Assembly (NCBI GenBank): GCA_013286945.1
Contig: JABDET010000003.1
Coordinates: 1 to 54,042 of the forward strand
Length of the DNA: 54,042 bases
Reading direction: 5' to 3'
Source of the DNA: Candidatus Melainabacteria bacterium
Lineage (GTDB): Bacteria; Vulcanimicrobiota; JABDET01
Each line of letters starts with the position of its first letter. Position 1 is the stretch's first letter. Shown one piece after another: positions 29,800-38,244 of the stretch. The notes under the pieces were generated by a model. The model made no database searches, was not told where the DNA came from, and saw only the letters and a program-made list of their open reading frames with translations. The position numbers and the translations under genes were made by a program.

Positions 29800-29921
29800 A
29801 ATAAAGGGAAGGTTAAAAATGGATTAAGCAGAGGAACTTTGCAGCTTTTCGAGAAGTTCATTAAACGTTAACAATTCTTCCCGTTTAGCCTATTCCCTCT
29901 CTTCTTAATCCTTGGTATACT
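29800..29921. promoter_or_regulatory. Divergent promoter region with 11-bp-period boxes on both strands
   Basis: Minus strand: TTAATC, TTAACC, TTTATT (plus positions 29822, 29811, 29800). Plus strand: TTCATT 29857, TTAACA 29868, TGgTATACT 29913-29921. Confidence 0.5.
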
Positions 29922-29959
29922 TGTTTTAAGCTTAAAATTTCAATGGGGTGAATTTCGTC

Positions 29960-30103
29960 ATGGCAACAGTTTCGAGTGTTCAATCACCAGATTTTGCTGT
30001 AGTCGCCCTTAACAATGCCATTAACATGGGGTGGCTTGAACAGACGCCAAGCAAACGGGCCGGAACTATCGCAAGTAAAATGGGTATTATTAAAGAAGAT
30101 TAG
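29960..30103 (+). CDS. Small hypothetical protein (47 aa)
   Basis: MATVSSVQSPDFAVVALNNAINMGWLEQTPSKRAGTIASKMGIIKED*; GGGGTGA RBS; first ORF after the promoter; absent from the ORF track. Confidence 0.6.
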   Translation: MATVSSVQSPDFAVVALNNAINMGWLEQTPSKRAGTIASKMGIIKED

Positions 30104-30139
30104 TGACTTAAGAAAAACCAATCTGGAGGAATGATCGAA

Positions 30140-30841
30140 ATGACAGTTGAGAAAACGAATCCATCGGGAGCCGGCACTCCGGTCGAAGGTAGTACTGGAC
30201 CTCAGGGCGAGACAGGCGGCACCGCAGAATCTGACATTCCAACACCGAAACCCCGTCCGGACACTACTCTCACTCCGGATGACTGGAAAAGAATCAGGAG
30301 AATGTTAAGGCGTCTAGCTGTGCCTGCTCTCGCTGCATCCACTGTGGCTCTAGCAACACCGCAAGGGACTCAACACAGAGCGGCGCCACAAGGAACACAA
30401 CAGACAGTGCCAACGCGAGGCGAGACCCAAGAGTTCCCGTTGCATGAAGTTCCATTTTTTGGCAAGGGTGGGGAAAAGATCGTACGTGAAGGGATGCCAA
30501 AGGAAAATCCAACGAGCAAGGGGACAGGTGACCCGGTCGCGGATCTGCTTGCCAACGTCGATGTACAGGATAAGATTAAAGACAACCTCTTCTTAAACGT
30601 TTTGGCCCAGATCCAAATCGAAGTCGCCAAGGCGGGTATCAACACGTTCTTGATGCAGAAGAAGTGGGAAATTGAAAAGTACTTGTCGTTCGTTCAATGG
30701 GGACAAGACATTGGCCAGCTCCTTGTAAGTTCCTTACTCAGCATGAGAAAAGGCTGGGAACAACTGTTTGCTGACTGGAACAGGGAAGAAAGACGAATTG
30801 CTATGGAAAATATTCGGGCCCGTTCTGGCGGCGGTGGTTGA
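30140..30841 (+). CDS. Hypothetical protein with disordered N-terminus and helical C-terminus
   Basis: GGAGGA RBS 9 nt before ATG 30140; shares the NLFLxxLAQI motif with the ankyrin protein. Confidence 0.8.
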   Translation: MTVEKTNPSGAGTPVEGSTGPQGETGGTAESDIPTPKPRPDTTLTPDDWKRIRRMLRRLAVPALAASTVALATPQGTQHRAAPQGTQQTVPTRGETQEFPLHEVPFFGKGGEKIVREGMPKENPTSKGTGDPVADLLANVDVQDKIKDNLFLNVLAQIQIEVAKAGINTFLMQKKWEIEKYLSFVQWGQDIGQLLVSSLLSMRKGWEQLFADWNREERRIAMENIRARSGGGG

Positions 30842-30874
30842 TGTTTTTCAGGCGGATTGAACTCCGAGGCTAAC

Positions 30875-31945
30875 ATGCCCCTAAAACTAGTCGGAGAAGT
30901 CAATGAAGGTAAATCATCCTGGGCGCCGGTAGCGCAAGCAGGCGGTGGTCGAATATTGCCAAAACGGATTCCAGCAATTCAAGCCGAGCCCCGGACAGAG
31001 CATGTACTCGATCGCTTCGAAGGTGCTCTGCGTGTGAAGCGAATGGAATCCACCCCTTATGAAGAACTTATAAGGAGCCACAATGAGTGCATGGAAATCT
31101 TTTTCGGAGATGGCAAAACAAAACCGACTGCCTTCCAGAGACACGAGCGACTCTACAGTAACATCGAGCAAGACACCCAGAACAAGATTAAGATGGCGGC
31201 TGACGGAATCTACCACCAAATAGAAAAGTTGGTTGCAGAAGCAATCCTAGCCAAATTCAAGAAAAACGGCCCCTTGACGCCAGAAGAGATCGTAGCCACC
31301 GTTAACAATGCGCTTCAACGTAATTTCGTTCCCATCAGTTGTATCGGGGTGGGACTTGACAAAGTATCCCAGAGCTATGTTGGAGTTACTTTGATCATGT
31401 TCAACATGTTTGACCGATATGAGATGGTGGTGAAAGCAGACGTCGACTGCCTTAAGGCAGGTCATTTTGTGGGTCGACTCGCTAGCACACTCCCCATGGA
31501 ATTACCTCGCTTGCAACGACTTTGTCCAAAAGATGCAGTAGATTACAAGGGACGTTCACCAAAATATCCTGATAATATGACGGAAGAGGAGTTTAAATTC
31601 CAGCTAAAGGATAATGAGGCCGATCGCTTCAACACCGAAATAAACATGCGGCGATGGGACTGGGAGCGAGCTTCGGGCAAAGCCATTCGCCGGTTTAACC
31701 GGAGTGTCGCGAAGTATGACCTTCGTCAGGATTGGGTCGATCTGGATGCCCCAACAAGCTTCCTCGCGGACACGGCAGATAGCTGGCGCCCCGGTTATAT
31801 CAGCTCGGACAAACCGTATCCACTTCCACCCCCCTGGAGCAACAAGCATGCTTACACCCAGCATCTGATGGGAAAAGACCGTAAGCCTCCAGAAGAAGAG
31901 CCAATTCTTTACAGTGCCCCCTACGGTCAGAGGCTCGCGGCCTAA
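30875..31945 (+). CDS. Hypothetical protein (~356 aa)
   Basis: Long ORF, GAGG before ATG 30875, no recognisable domain. Confidence 0.78.
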   Translation: MPLKLVGEVNEGKSSWAPVAQAGGGRILPKRIPAIQAEPRTEHVLDRFEGALRVKRMESTPYEELIRSHNECMEIFFGDGKTKPTAFQRHERLYSNIEQDTQNKIKMAADGIYHQIEKLVAEAILAKFKKNGPLTPEEIVATVNNALQRNFVPISCIGVGLDKVSQSYVGVTLIMFNMFDRYEMVVKADVDCLKAGHFVGRLASTLPMELPRLQRLCPKDAVDYKGRSPKYPDNMTEEEFKFQLKDNEADRFNTEINMRRWDWERASGKAIRRFNRSVAKYDLRQDWVDLDAPTSFLADTADSWRPGYISSDKPYPLPPPWSNKHAYTQHLMGKDRKPPEEEPILYSAPYGQRLAA

Positions 31946-32017
31946 AACTGAACTTCCCCATTGCTCATGACGGGAAAAGATGAGTGGGTTAAGCATCCGT
32001 AGAAGAAACCGCAGAAA

Positions 32018-32590
32018 GTGATGAACCAAGACGAGGTCCTCAAAGTCTTTCGAGATTCTGGTGCCTTCTTAGAAGGACATTTTCTCTTAAGCTCCGGTCT
32101 CCACAGCGGTCAATACGTGCAGTGTGCGCGGCTTTTCGAAAATCCACAAGTTGCAGAAAAACTGGTTAAAGATTTAGCGGCTCGAGTCGCTTCACTTCAA
32201 GTGGACTGGGTCATTGGGCCTGCGATGGGTGGAATCCTTTTTGCTTACGCGTTGGCTCGAGAACTGAAAGTACGAAATGCGTTTACTGAACGGGTGAGTG
32301 GAGCCATGACCTTACGTCGAGGATTTGAGATCCCAACTGGAAGCAAAGCATTGATTGCCGAAGATGTCCTCACCACCGGGGGATCCGCACTTGAGGTAGC
32401 CCGCTATTTGGAATCTCGAGAAGTCAAGGTCATGGGAATAACCGCGTTGGTTGATCGAGGAGGCAAGCCCCTTACTTATCCAACGTACTCACTTCTTAAA
32501 CTGAAACTCGAAACGGCCACCCAAGAAACTTGCTCTTTGTGCCAGCAAGGCAAGCCAGTGACAAAACCAGGAAGCCGTGTCACCGCTTAA
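32018..32590 (+). CDS. pyrE: Orotate phosphoribosyltransferase
   Basis: GHFLLSSGLHS, PRPP loop EDVLTTGGS. Confidence 0.96.
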   Translation: MMNQDEVLKVFRDSGAFLEGHFLLSSGLHSGQYVQCARLFENPQVAEKLVKDLAARVASLQVDWVIGPAMGGILFAYALARELKVRNAFTERVSGAMTLRRGFEIPTGSKALIAEDVLTTGGSALEVARYLESREVKVMGITALVDRGGKPLTYPTYSLLKLKLETATQETCSLCQQGKPVTKPGSRVTA

Positions 32591-33923
32591 GCGAACACAC
32601 AAGCGAATCACCTCGCGTTACAAAGAGGCAACCCGGCACCCTCTCCCCGAATTCGCACCCTCCAACACTTTATTTATCTTGCTTTCTATGGAAGGTCCGG
32701 ACCTTTACAGCCAAGCCGGAGGCCTTGGAGTTCGAATGAGTGAGCTCTCGCGTGCGTTAGCGGAAGGAGGGTACGAAACCCATCTTTTTTTTGCTGGAGA
32801 TCCCAAGCTGCCCGGAGTGGAGAAATTGGTTTCTGGTCGATTGACCTATCATCGCTGGTGCCAATGGATCAGCCGGTATCATCCGCTGGGTGTTTACGAT
32901 GGGGAGGAGGGGAAATGCTTAGATTTTGAGAGGAGCTTGCCCCCGTGGGTCATGCAACATGTTCTCCTGGCACAACCAAGAAAGAATGTCGTGATCCTGA
33001 GTGAAGAATGGCACATGGCGAACACCACCATCGCCCTTTCTCAATTGGTTGCAGGAGCCAACCAGCAGAATCGTACATTTTTTCTTTGGAATGCCAACAA
33101 CACGTTTGGTTTCCACCGGATCAACTGGTATGCGCTTCAAAAACATGCAACCCTCACAACCGTCAGCCGATACATGAAGCAAGAAATGCTCTGGCGCCAT
33201 CACGTCCCATCATGGGTCATCCCAAACGGGATCCCGAAGCGATGGCTCAGCCCTATCCCCTTGGAAAAAAGTCGCGAGCTCTCGAAAGCTTTTTCGTGCG
33301 ATCTTCTTCTGGCCAAGGTCGGTCGATTCGATCCCGATAAGCGGTGGGTCATGGCGATTCAAAGCATGGCCATGCTGAAGCGACTTGGCTATCGCCCTAA
33401 GCTTCTCATGCGAGGCGGCATGGAGTCACACGGGGAAGAAGTGCGACAAATCGCCTGGACACTCGGGCTTGAAATCGCCTCCATAAAGCTTCCCAAGGAA
33501 GCGCCTCTTCCACTTTTACTCCAAGCACTGAAAGAGAATCCGAAAGCCGATATTGCTGATTTACGATTTCACATTTCTGAAGAAATGCAACGCGTGATCT
33601 ATCGAGGGGTGGATGCGGTTCTAGCCAACAGCCGACACGAACCTTTTGGCTTGGTTGGCCTCGAGGTCATGGCTTGTGGCGGAGTGGCGATAACCGGGAA
33701 TACCGGCGAAGATTATGCCAAGAATTTCCACAATGCCCTCATGGTGGAAAGTGACGATCCCTCCGAGCTCACCACGTATCTTGCATCGCTGGCTAAAGAA
33801 CCTTCCCTGGGCGAGAGACTTCGAATCGCCGGAAGAGAAAGTGCCAAAACTTTTCTCTGGGACTTGGTGATTGAAGAACTCAAGCAAAAATTGATCTGTC
33901 TCCGGTTATCTCGAGAAGGTTAG
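32577..33923 (+). CDS. GT4-family glycosyltransferase
   Basis: AGGLG, IPNGI, VGRFDPDK, EPFGLVGLEVMACG. Confidence 0.88.
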   Translation: MSPLKRTHKRITSRYKEATRHPLPEFAPSNTLFILLSMEGPDLYSQAGGLGVRMSELSRALAEGGYETHLFFAGDPKLPGVEKLVSGRLTYHRWCQWISRYHPLGVYDGEEGKCLDFERSLPPWVMQHVLLAQPRKNVVILSEEWHMANTTIALSQLVAGANQQNRTFFLWNANNTFGFHRINWYALQKHATLTTVSRYMKQEMLWRHHVPSWVIPNGIPKRWLSPIPLEKSRELSKAFSCDLLLAKVGRFDPDKRWVMAIQSMAMLKRLGYRPKLLMRGGMESHGEEVRQIAWTLGLEIASIKLPKEAPLPLLLQALKENPKADIADLRFHISEEMQRVIYRGVDAVLANSRHEPFGLVGLEVMACGGVAITGNTGEDYAKNFHNALMVESDDPSELTTYLASLAKEPSLGERLRIAGRESAKTFLWDLVIEELKQKLICLRLSREG

Positions 33924-33980
33924 CTGCTTCTTAGAATGACGTTGGAGGAATGAGCGCTTTTCTATTCGAACCATTCCAGC

Positions 33981-34445
33981 ATGGATAAGATGCTCGTACT
34001 CATCAAACCGGATGCTGTTGAACGTGGCTACATCGGGCGAATCATGACTCGAATTGAAGAAAAAGGGATAAAGCTCGTGGCGATAAAGATGGTGCATCTC
34101 AATCGGAAGAAAGCCGAAGAGCTTTATTCTCCTCACAAAGAAAAACCATTTTTTGGGGGACTCGTTGATTTCATTACTGCCTCCCCCATTGTGGCGATGG
34201 TGGCAGAAGGTCCAAGCGTGATTCAACAAATCCGAAAACTTATGGGCTCCACGAATTGTGCCGAAGCCGAACCGGGAACCATTCGGGGAGATCTCGGAAT
34301 CTCGATTCAAAACAATTTGATTCACGGATCCGATTCTGCGGAGTCTGCGAAGCGAGAGATCGCCGTCTTCTTTACCGACCAGGAAATTGCCCACTACACC
34401 CGAGCGCTTGATAAGTGGCTTTTCCCTTCTGAAGCTCGCGTCTAA
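33981..34445 (+). CDS. ndk: Nucleoside-diphosphate kinase
   Basis: IKPDAV, PGTIRGD, NLIHGSDS. Confidence 0.97.
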   Translation: MDKMLVLIKPDAVERGYIGRIMTRIEEKGIKLVAIKMVHLNRKKAEELYSPHKEKPFFGGLVDFITASPIVAMVAEGPSVIQQIRKLMGSTNCAEAEPGTIRGDLGISIQNNLIHGSDSAESAKREIAVFFTDQEIAHYTRALDKWLFPSEARV

Positions 34446-34450
34446 CTCCA

Positions 34451-35296
34451 GTGAGTCAAGTGGCTCAACGCGGAACCCTTTTTGTTTGCCCAACCCCTCT
34501 TGGAAATTTGGAAGACATTACCTTGAGGGTTTTGCGTGTTCTGAAAGAAGTTGACCTCATTGCCGCTGAGAACACCCAACACACCCAGAAACTACTTCAT
34601 CACTTTGACATCCATAAACCAATGGTCAGCTATTATGATTCCGGGTCCTCTGAAGCCAAGGAAGAAAAACTGATTGAAAAACTAAACCAAGGAAAATCAA
34701 TTGCTCTTGTTTCTTCCGCGGGCACCCCGCTTGTGAGTGATCCTGGATTCAAGCTTGTCAGAAGATGCTACGAGGAAGGGTTGTCCGTAGTTTCGCTTCC
34801 AGGACCGTCCGCGTGTGTCACCGCCCTCGTGGCTTCAGGCCTTCCAACGAACCAATTCTTTTTTGCTGGGTTTCTTTCTTCCAAGTCCAAAGCAAGAAAG
34901 ACGATGTTAAAACAAGTCAAGTCATTCCCTGCAACTTTGGTTTTCTATGAAGCTCCCCATCGAATTCTCGAAAGCTTAAAGGATTGTTTGGAGGTGCTCG
35001 GTGACCGCCCTGCCGCCTTAGTACGCGAGCTCACTAAGATTCATGAAGAAGTCATTGGAGGAACACTTTCTCTCATCGTGAAGAAAGTCGAGGAACGTCC
35101 TCCGAAGGGAGAAATCACACTGGTTATTGCCGGCGAAGAAGCGCCAGAGGAAATCGAACCAGGGCAACTAAAACAGGAAATTGAAGCCTTGGTAGAAAAG
35201 GGTGTTTCGATCCGAGAAGCCTCTCGTGAAATTGCAAAAAAATATGACATCTCAAAAAACAAAGTTTACGCTTTGGCTCACAACCTTACTCGTTAG
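34451..35296 (+). CDS. rsmI: 16S rRNA C1402 2'-O-methyltransferase
   Basis: PTPLGNLEDIT, AGTPLVSDPG, YEAPHR, RELTKIHEE. Confidence 0.96.
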   Translation: MSQVAQRGTLFVCPTPLGNLEDITLRVLRVLKEVDLIAAENTQHTQKLLHHFDIHKPMVSYYDSGSSEAKEEKLIEKLNQGKSIALVSSAGTPLVSDPGFKLVRRCYEEGLSVVSLPGPSACVTALVASGLPTNQFFFAGFLSSKSKARKTMLKQVKSFPATLVFYEAPHRILESLKDCLEVLGDRPAALVRELTKIHEEVIGGTLSLIVKKVEERPPKGEITLVIAGEEAPEEIEPGQLKQEIEALVEKGVSIREASREIAKKYDISKNKVYALAHNLTR

Positions 35297-35843
35297 TGCC
35301 CTTTTTGTCTCCGGATGTGGAGGGACAAAGGTAGAGCTTGGTTTTCCTTTAAATGACGGAAATACTTGGACGTATCAAGGAACGGTTACTTATCAGCTTG
35401 GAAAACAACAACAATCGATGCCTGCCCTCACCTTTCAGCTTCATTGCCGAAAGCTTTCACCCAAGCATACCGCTCCTCTCGAACTAACCCTCGTGGAAGA
35501 AACGGAGCCGATTTGGAAAGGTCAATTCGTGACAGCTCCCCAAGGACTTCTGAACCCCTTAACTGGAGAATTCTGGCTTCCGGCAGAAGTCATTGTTGGG
35601 AAAAAATGGAACACGACCTTTGATGGTGACAAAGTAACTTTCATCGTTAGAAGTCAAACCAACACCACGGTTCCTGCGGGCACTTTCCCGACCTATCTCA
35701 TCGATTTTAAAGGACCGAAAAAGGGAACTGGATCCTTTTGGCTCGATCCAGTGGTCGGTGCCGTCGCCCTTGACTGGAACTCGAAAACCCCGGGAGGTCA
35801 ATCGAAAACGCACCTGGAGCTTGTCTCTTACGACTTGCCCTAA
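35244..35843 (+). CDS. Putative lipoprotein, beta-rich
   Basis: Lipobox-like VSGC after a hydrophobic stretch; FPLNDGNTWTY and TVPAGTF motifs; start uncertain. Confidence 0.7.
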   Translation: MTSQKTKFTLWLTTLLVSALFVSGCGGTKVELGFPLNDGNTWTYQGTVTYQLGKQQQSMPALTFQLHCRKLSPKHTAPLELTLVEETEPIWKGQFVTAPQGLLNPLTGEFWLPAEVIVGKKWNTTFDGDKVTFIVRSQTNTTVPAGTFPTYLIDFKGPKKGTGSFWLDPVVGAVALDWNSKTPGGQSKTHLELVSYDLP

Positions 35844-35848
35844 CCCTG

Positions 35849-36274
35849 ATGAAAGTCCCGGTATCGGGTTTCACCATTCTTGATCACACGGCCGACATTG
35901 GGCTTCTTGCAAGCGGACCCAATCTTGAGGAAGCCTTTGTGAATGCAGCCAAAGGGATGTTTTCGATCATCGCTCACGTCGACACTCCCGTTTCGCCACT
36001 CCAACCATTCTCGATTGAAGTGGAGGCAGACTCTCTTGCCGATCTTCTCATCAGCTGGCTTAATAGGCTTCTTTATCTTTATGACACAGAGAAGGTGCTT
36101 TTCAGTCATTTCGAAATTCTTGAATTGAAGCCGACAAAACTCTTGGCCAAGGTTGCTGGTGAGCCAATACAAGACAAACATAAAATCAATACCTACATCA
36201 AGGCAGCCACTTACCATGATGTCCAAGTGATCCAGAATGAACATTGCACGCTTCGTGTAATTTTTGACGTGTAA
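35849..36274 (+). CDS. Archease
   Basis: LDHTADIG, IKAATYH, C-terminal IFDV. Confidence 0.95.
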   Translation: MKVPVSGFTILDHTADIGLLASGPNLEEAFVNAAKGMFSIIAHVDTPVSPLQPFSIEVEADSLADLLISWLNRLLYLYDTEKVLFSHFEILELKPTKLLAKVAGEPIQDKHKINTYIKAATYHDVQVIQNEHCTLRVIFDV

Positions 36275-36291
36275 GAGAAGGATGACCTGTT

Positions 36292-37746
36292 ATGCAAAAA
36301 AATGTTTTGCCACTTGAACAAATCGACTCCTATCGATGGAAATTGCCGATGGAGTACAAGCCAGGCATGCGAGTGGACGGCATCATCTACACGGAGGGGA
36401 AACTCTTGGAAGCCCTCCTGAACGACCAAGCCTTGGAACAAGTGGCGAATGTAGCCACGCTCCCGGGGATCGTGAAAGCCTCGTTAGCCATGCCGGACAT
36501 TCATTGGGGCTATGGTTTCCCCATTGGAGGGGTAGCCGCCACCCGAGTGGAGGATGGGGTTGTTTCTCCAGGAGGGGTCGGATTTGACATCAACTGTGGT
36601 GTTCGTCTCCTCCGAACGAGTTTGACATTCGAAGAGGTTAAACCCAAACTTCGAGAGCTCATTGATCAGCTTTTCCTGTCTGTTCCTACCGGTGTAGGAT
36701 CTTCTGGAAAAATCAAACTTTCCAAAGAAGAAATGCGAAAAGTGATGACTGAGGGAGCAAGCTGGGCTGTTAAGCACGGCTACGGATGGAAAGAGGACCT
36801 CGATCATTTGGAAGAAAGTGGATTCCTTTCTTCCGCAAATCCTGACATGGTTTCCAACGAGGCGGCTCGACGTGGCCAAGATCAGCTTGGGACTTTAGGA
36901 AGTGGCAATCATTTCTTGGAGGTTCAGGTGGTGGATGAAATCTACCACGAAAAAGCGGCACAGGCTATGGGACTTTATCCTGGACAAATTACAATCCTCA
37001 TCCACACCGGCTCACGCGGCCTTGGCCATCAGGTGGCCACCGACTACATCGCCACCATGGGGAAAGCCTTGCAGAAATATGGCCTTAATATTCCAGATCG
37101 ACAATTAGCCTGCACTCCCGTCGAGTCGCCTGAAGGACAAAACTATCTTGGGGGCATGGCAAGTGCCGCAAACTTTGCTTTTGCAAATCGACAATGCATC
37201 ACGCATTGGACTCGAGAAACCTTTGAGCACATTTTTGGGCTTGGTGCGAAGAAAATCGGAATCGAAGTGATTTACGATGTCTGCCATAACATCGCCAAAA
37301 TTGAAGAGCATCAGGTGAATGGGAAAAAAATGAAACTTTGTGTCCACCGAAAAGGGGCGGTTCGCGCTTTCCCGGCTGGGCATCCTGAACTTCCCACCGA
37401 TTACAAGAACATTGGACAACCGATTCCAGTTCCAGGGGACATGGGACGTTTTTCTTACGTGCTTGTTGGAAGTGAGAAAGCGATGGAAGAGACCTTTGGA
37501 ACCACTTGCCATGGCGCAGGTCGGCAAAAAAGCCGGACTCAAGCCAAACGAGAAATCAAGTACCAGGACCTCATTGAAGAATTAGCCTCCAAAGGAATTG
37601 TTCTGAAGGCGAGAAGTCGGGAAACCGTTACCGAAGAAGCCCCTCTGGCCTACAAGAACATCGTCGATGTCGTTGAGGTGGCCCATGGTTCCGGCATTTC
37701 TCCCAAAGTGGCTCGCATGAAACCGATTGGGATTATTAAGGGGTAA
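36292..37746 (+). CDS. rtcB: RNA-splicing/repair ligase RtcB
   Basis: MPDIHWGYGFPIGG, DINCG, GSGNHF, HGAGR. Confidence 0.97.
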   Translation: MQKNVLPLEQIDSYRWKLPMEYKPGMRVDGIIYTEGKLLEALLNDQALEQVANVATLPGIVKASLAMPDIHWGYGFPIGGVAATRVEDGVVSPGGVGFDINCGVRLLRTSLTFEEVKPKLRELIDQLFLSVPTGVGSSGKIKLSKEEMRKVMTEGASWAVKHGYGWKEDLDHLEESGFLSSANPDMVSNEAARRGQDQLGTLGSGNHFLEVQVVDEIYHEKAAQAMGLYPGQITILIHTGSRGLGHQVATDYIATMGKALQKYGLNIPDRQLACTPVESPEGQNYLGGMASAANFAFANRQCITHWTRETFEHIFGLGAKKIGIEVIYDVCHNIAKIEEHQVNGKKMKLCVHRKGAVRAFPAGHPELPTDYKNIGQPIPVPGDMGRFSYVLVGSEKAMEETFGTTCHGAGRQKSRTQAKREIKYQDLIEELASKGIVLKARSRETVTEEAPLAYKNIVDVVEVAHGSGISPKVARMKPIGIIKG

Positions 37747-37752
37747 CCGCAA

Positions 37753-37792
37753 GCGCACATTTTAGATCTTTCGAGAAATCTAAAATGTGCGC
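37753..37792. repeat. Perfect 15-bp inverted repeat (hairpin) after rtcB
   Basis: GCGCACATTTTAGAT-N10-ATCTAAAATGTGCGC with TTCG in the loop. Confidence 0.8.
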
Positions 37793-37859
37793 GCCTTGAA
37801 GACAAGAGTTGTTAGCCTTATTGATCGAGGTTGCTCTGTGTTCTGACCACCGAGTAATA

Positions 37860-37914
37860 TAACCGGTCACAATCCAAATTTGGGCTTGACTTTTGGATTG
37901 TAATCGGTTACGAT
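37860..37914 (+). promoter_or_regulatory. Promoter TTGACT-N17-TACGAT overlapped by a 19-bp inverted repeat
   Basis: Arms 37860-37878 and 37892-37910 (17/19 match); -10 ends 6 nt before the ATG at 37921. Confidence 0.7.
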
Positions 37915-37920
37915 AAGAGC

Positions 37921-38235
37921 ATGGAACTTTCGCAAGCCGCAGCAGCACTCTCCAAAAAAGGAGTTCAGGTTCGTACACGTCGCCGACAGACACTTTGCAT
38001 CGCGTGTGGAAAATCATTCACGGCCCGATCAGCAAAGGCTCAATTTTGCTCAAAATCTTGTTTGGCGAAAGTGTGGTATTCTAGGAAAAATGACGACACC
38101 TACTCGAAGCTTAGAAAGATTCATCAGCTCGTCGATGCACTCATCGGAACAAACCCACGCATTGACGCGACATTGAAAAAGATTTCGAAGCTCTTCATCC
38201 TGGCCAAGATGGACAGCCATCAAAGGATCTCTTGA
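37921..38235 (+). CDS. Small basic zinc-finger protein (CxxC...FCSxxC)
   Basis: CIACGKSF..AQFCSKSC treble-clef-like motif; dedicated promoter. Confidence 0.7.
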   Translation: MELSQAAAALSKKGVQVRTRRRQTLCIACGKSFTARSAKAQFCSKSCLAKVWYSRKNDDTYSKLRKIHQLVDALIGTNPRIDATLKKISKLFILAKMDSHQRIS

Positions 38236-38244
38236 AGAACGTGG

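Noticed and set aside
33906-34493. 195-aa minus-strand ORF (and similar long antisense ORFs such as 39182..39835 and 2109..3083)
   Set aside because: Shadow or alternative frames of well-supported genes (ndk, polX, DMT transporter).
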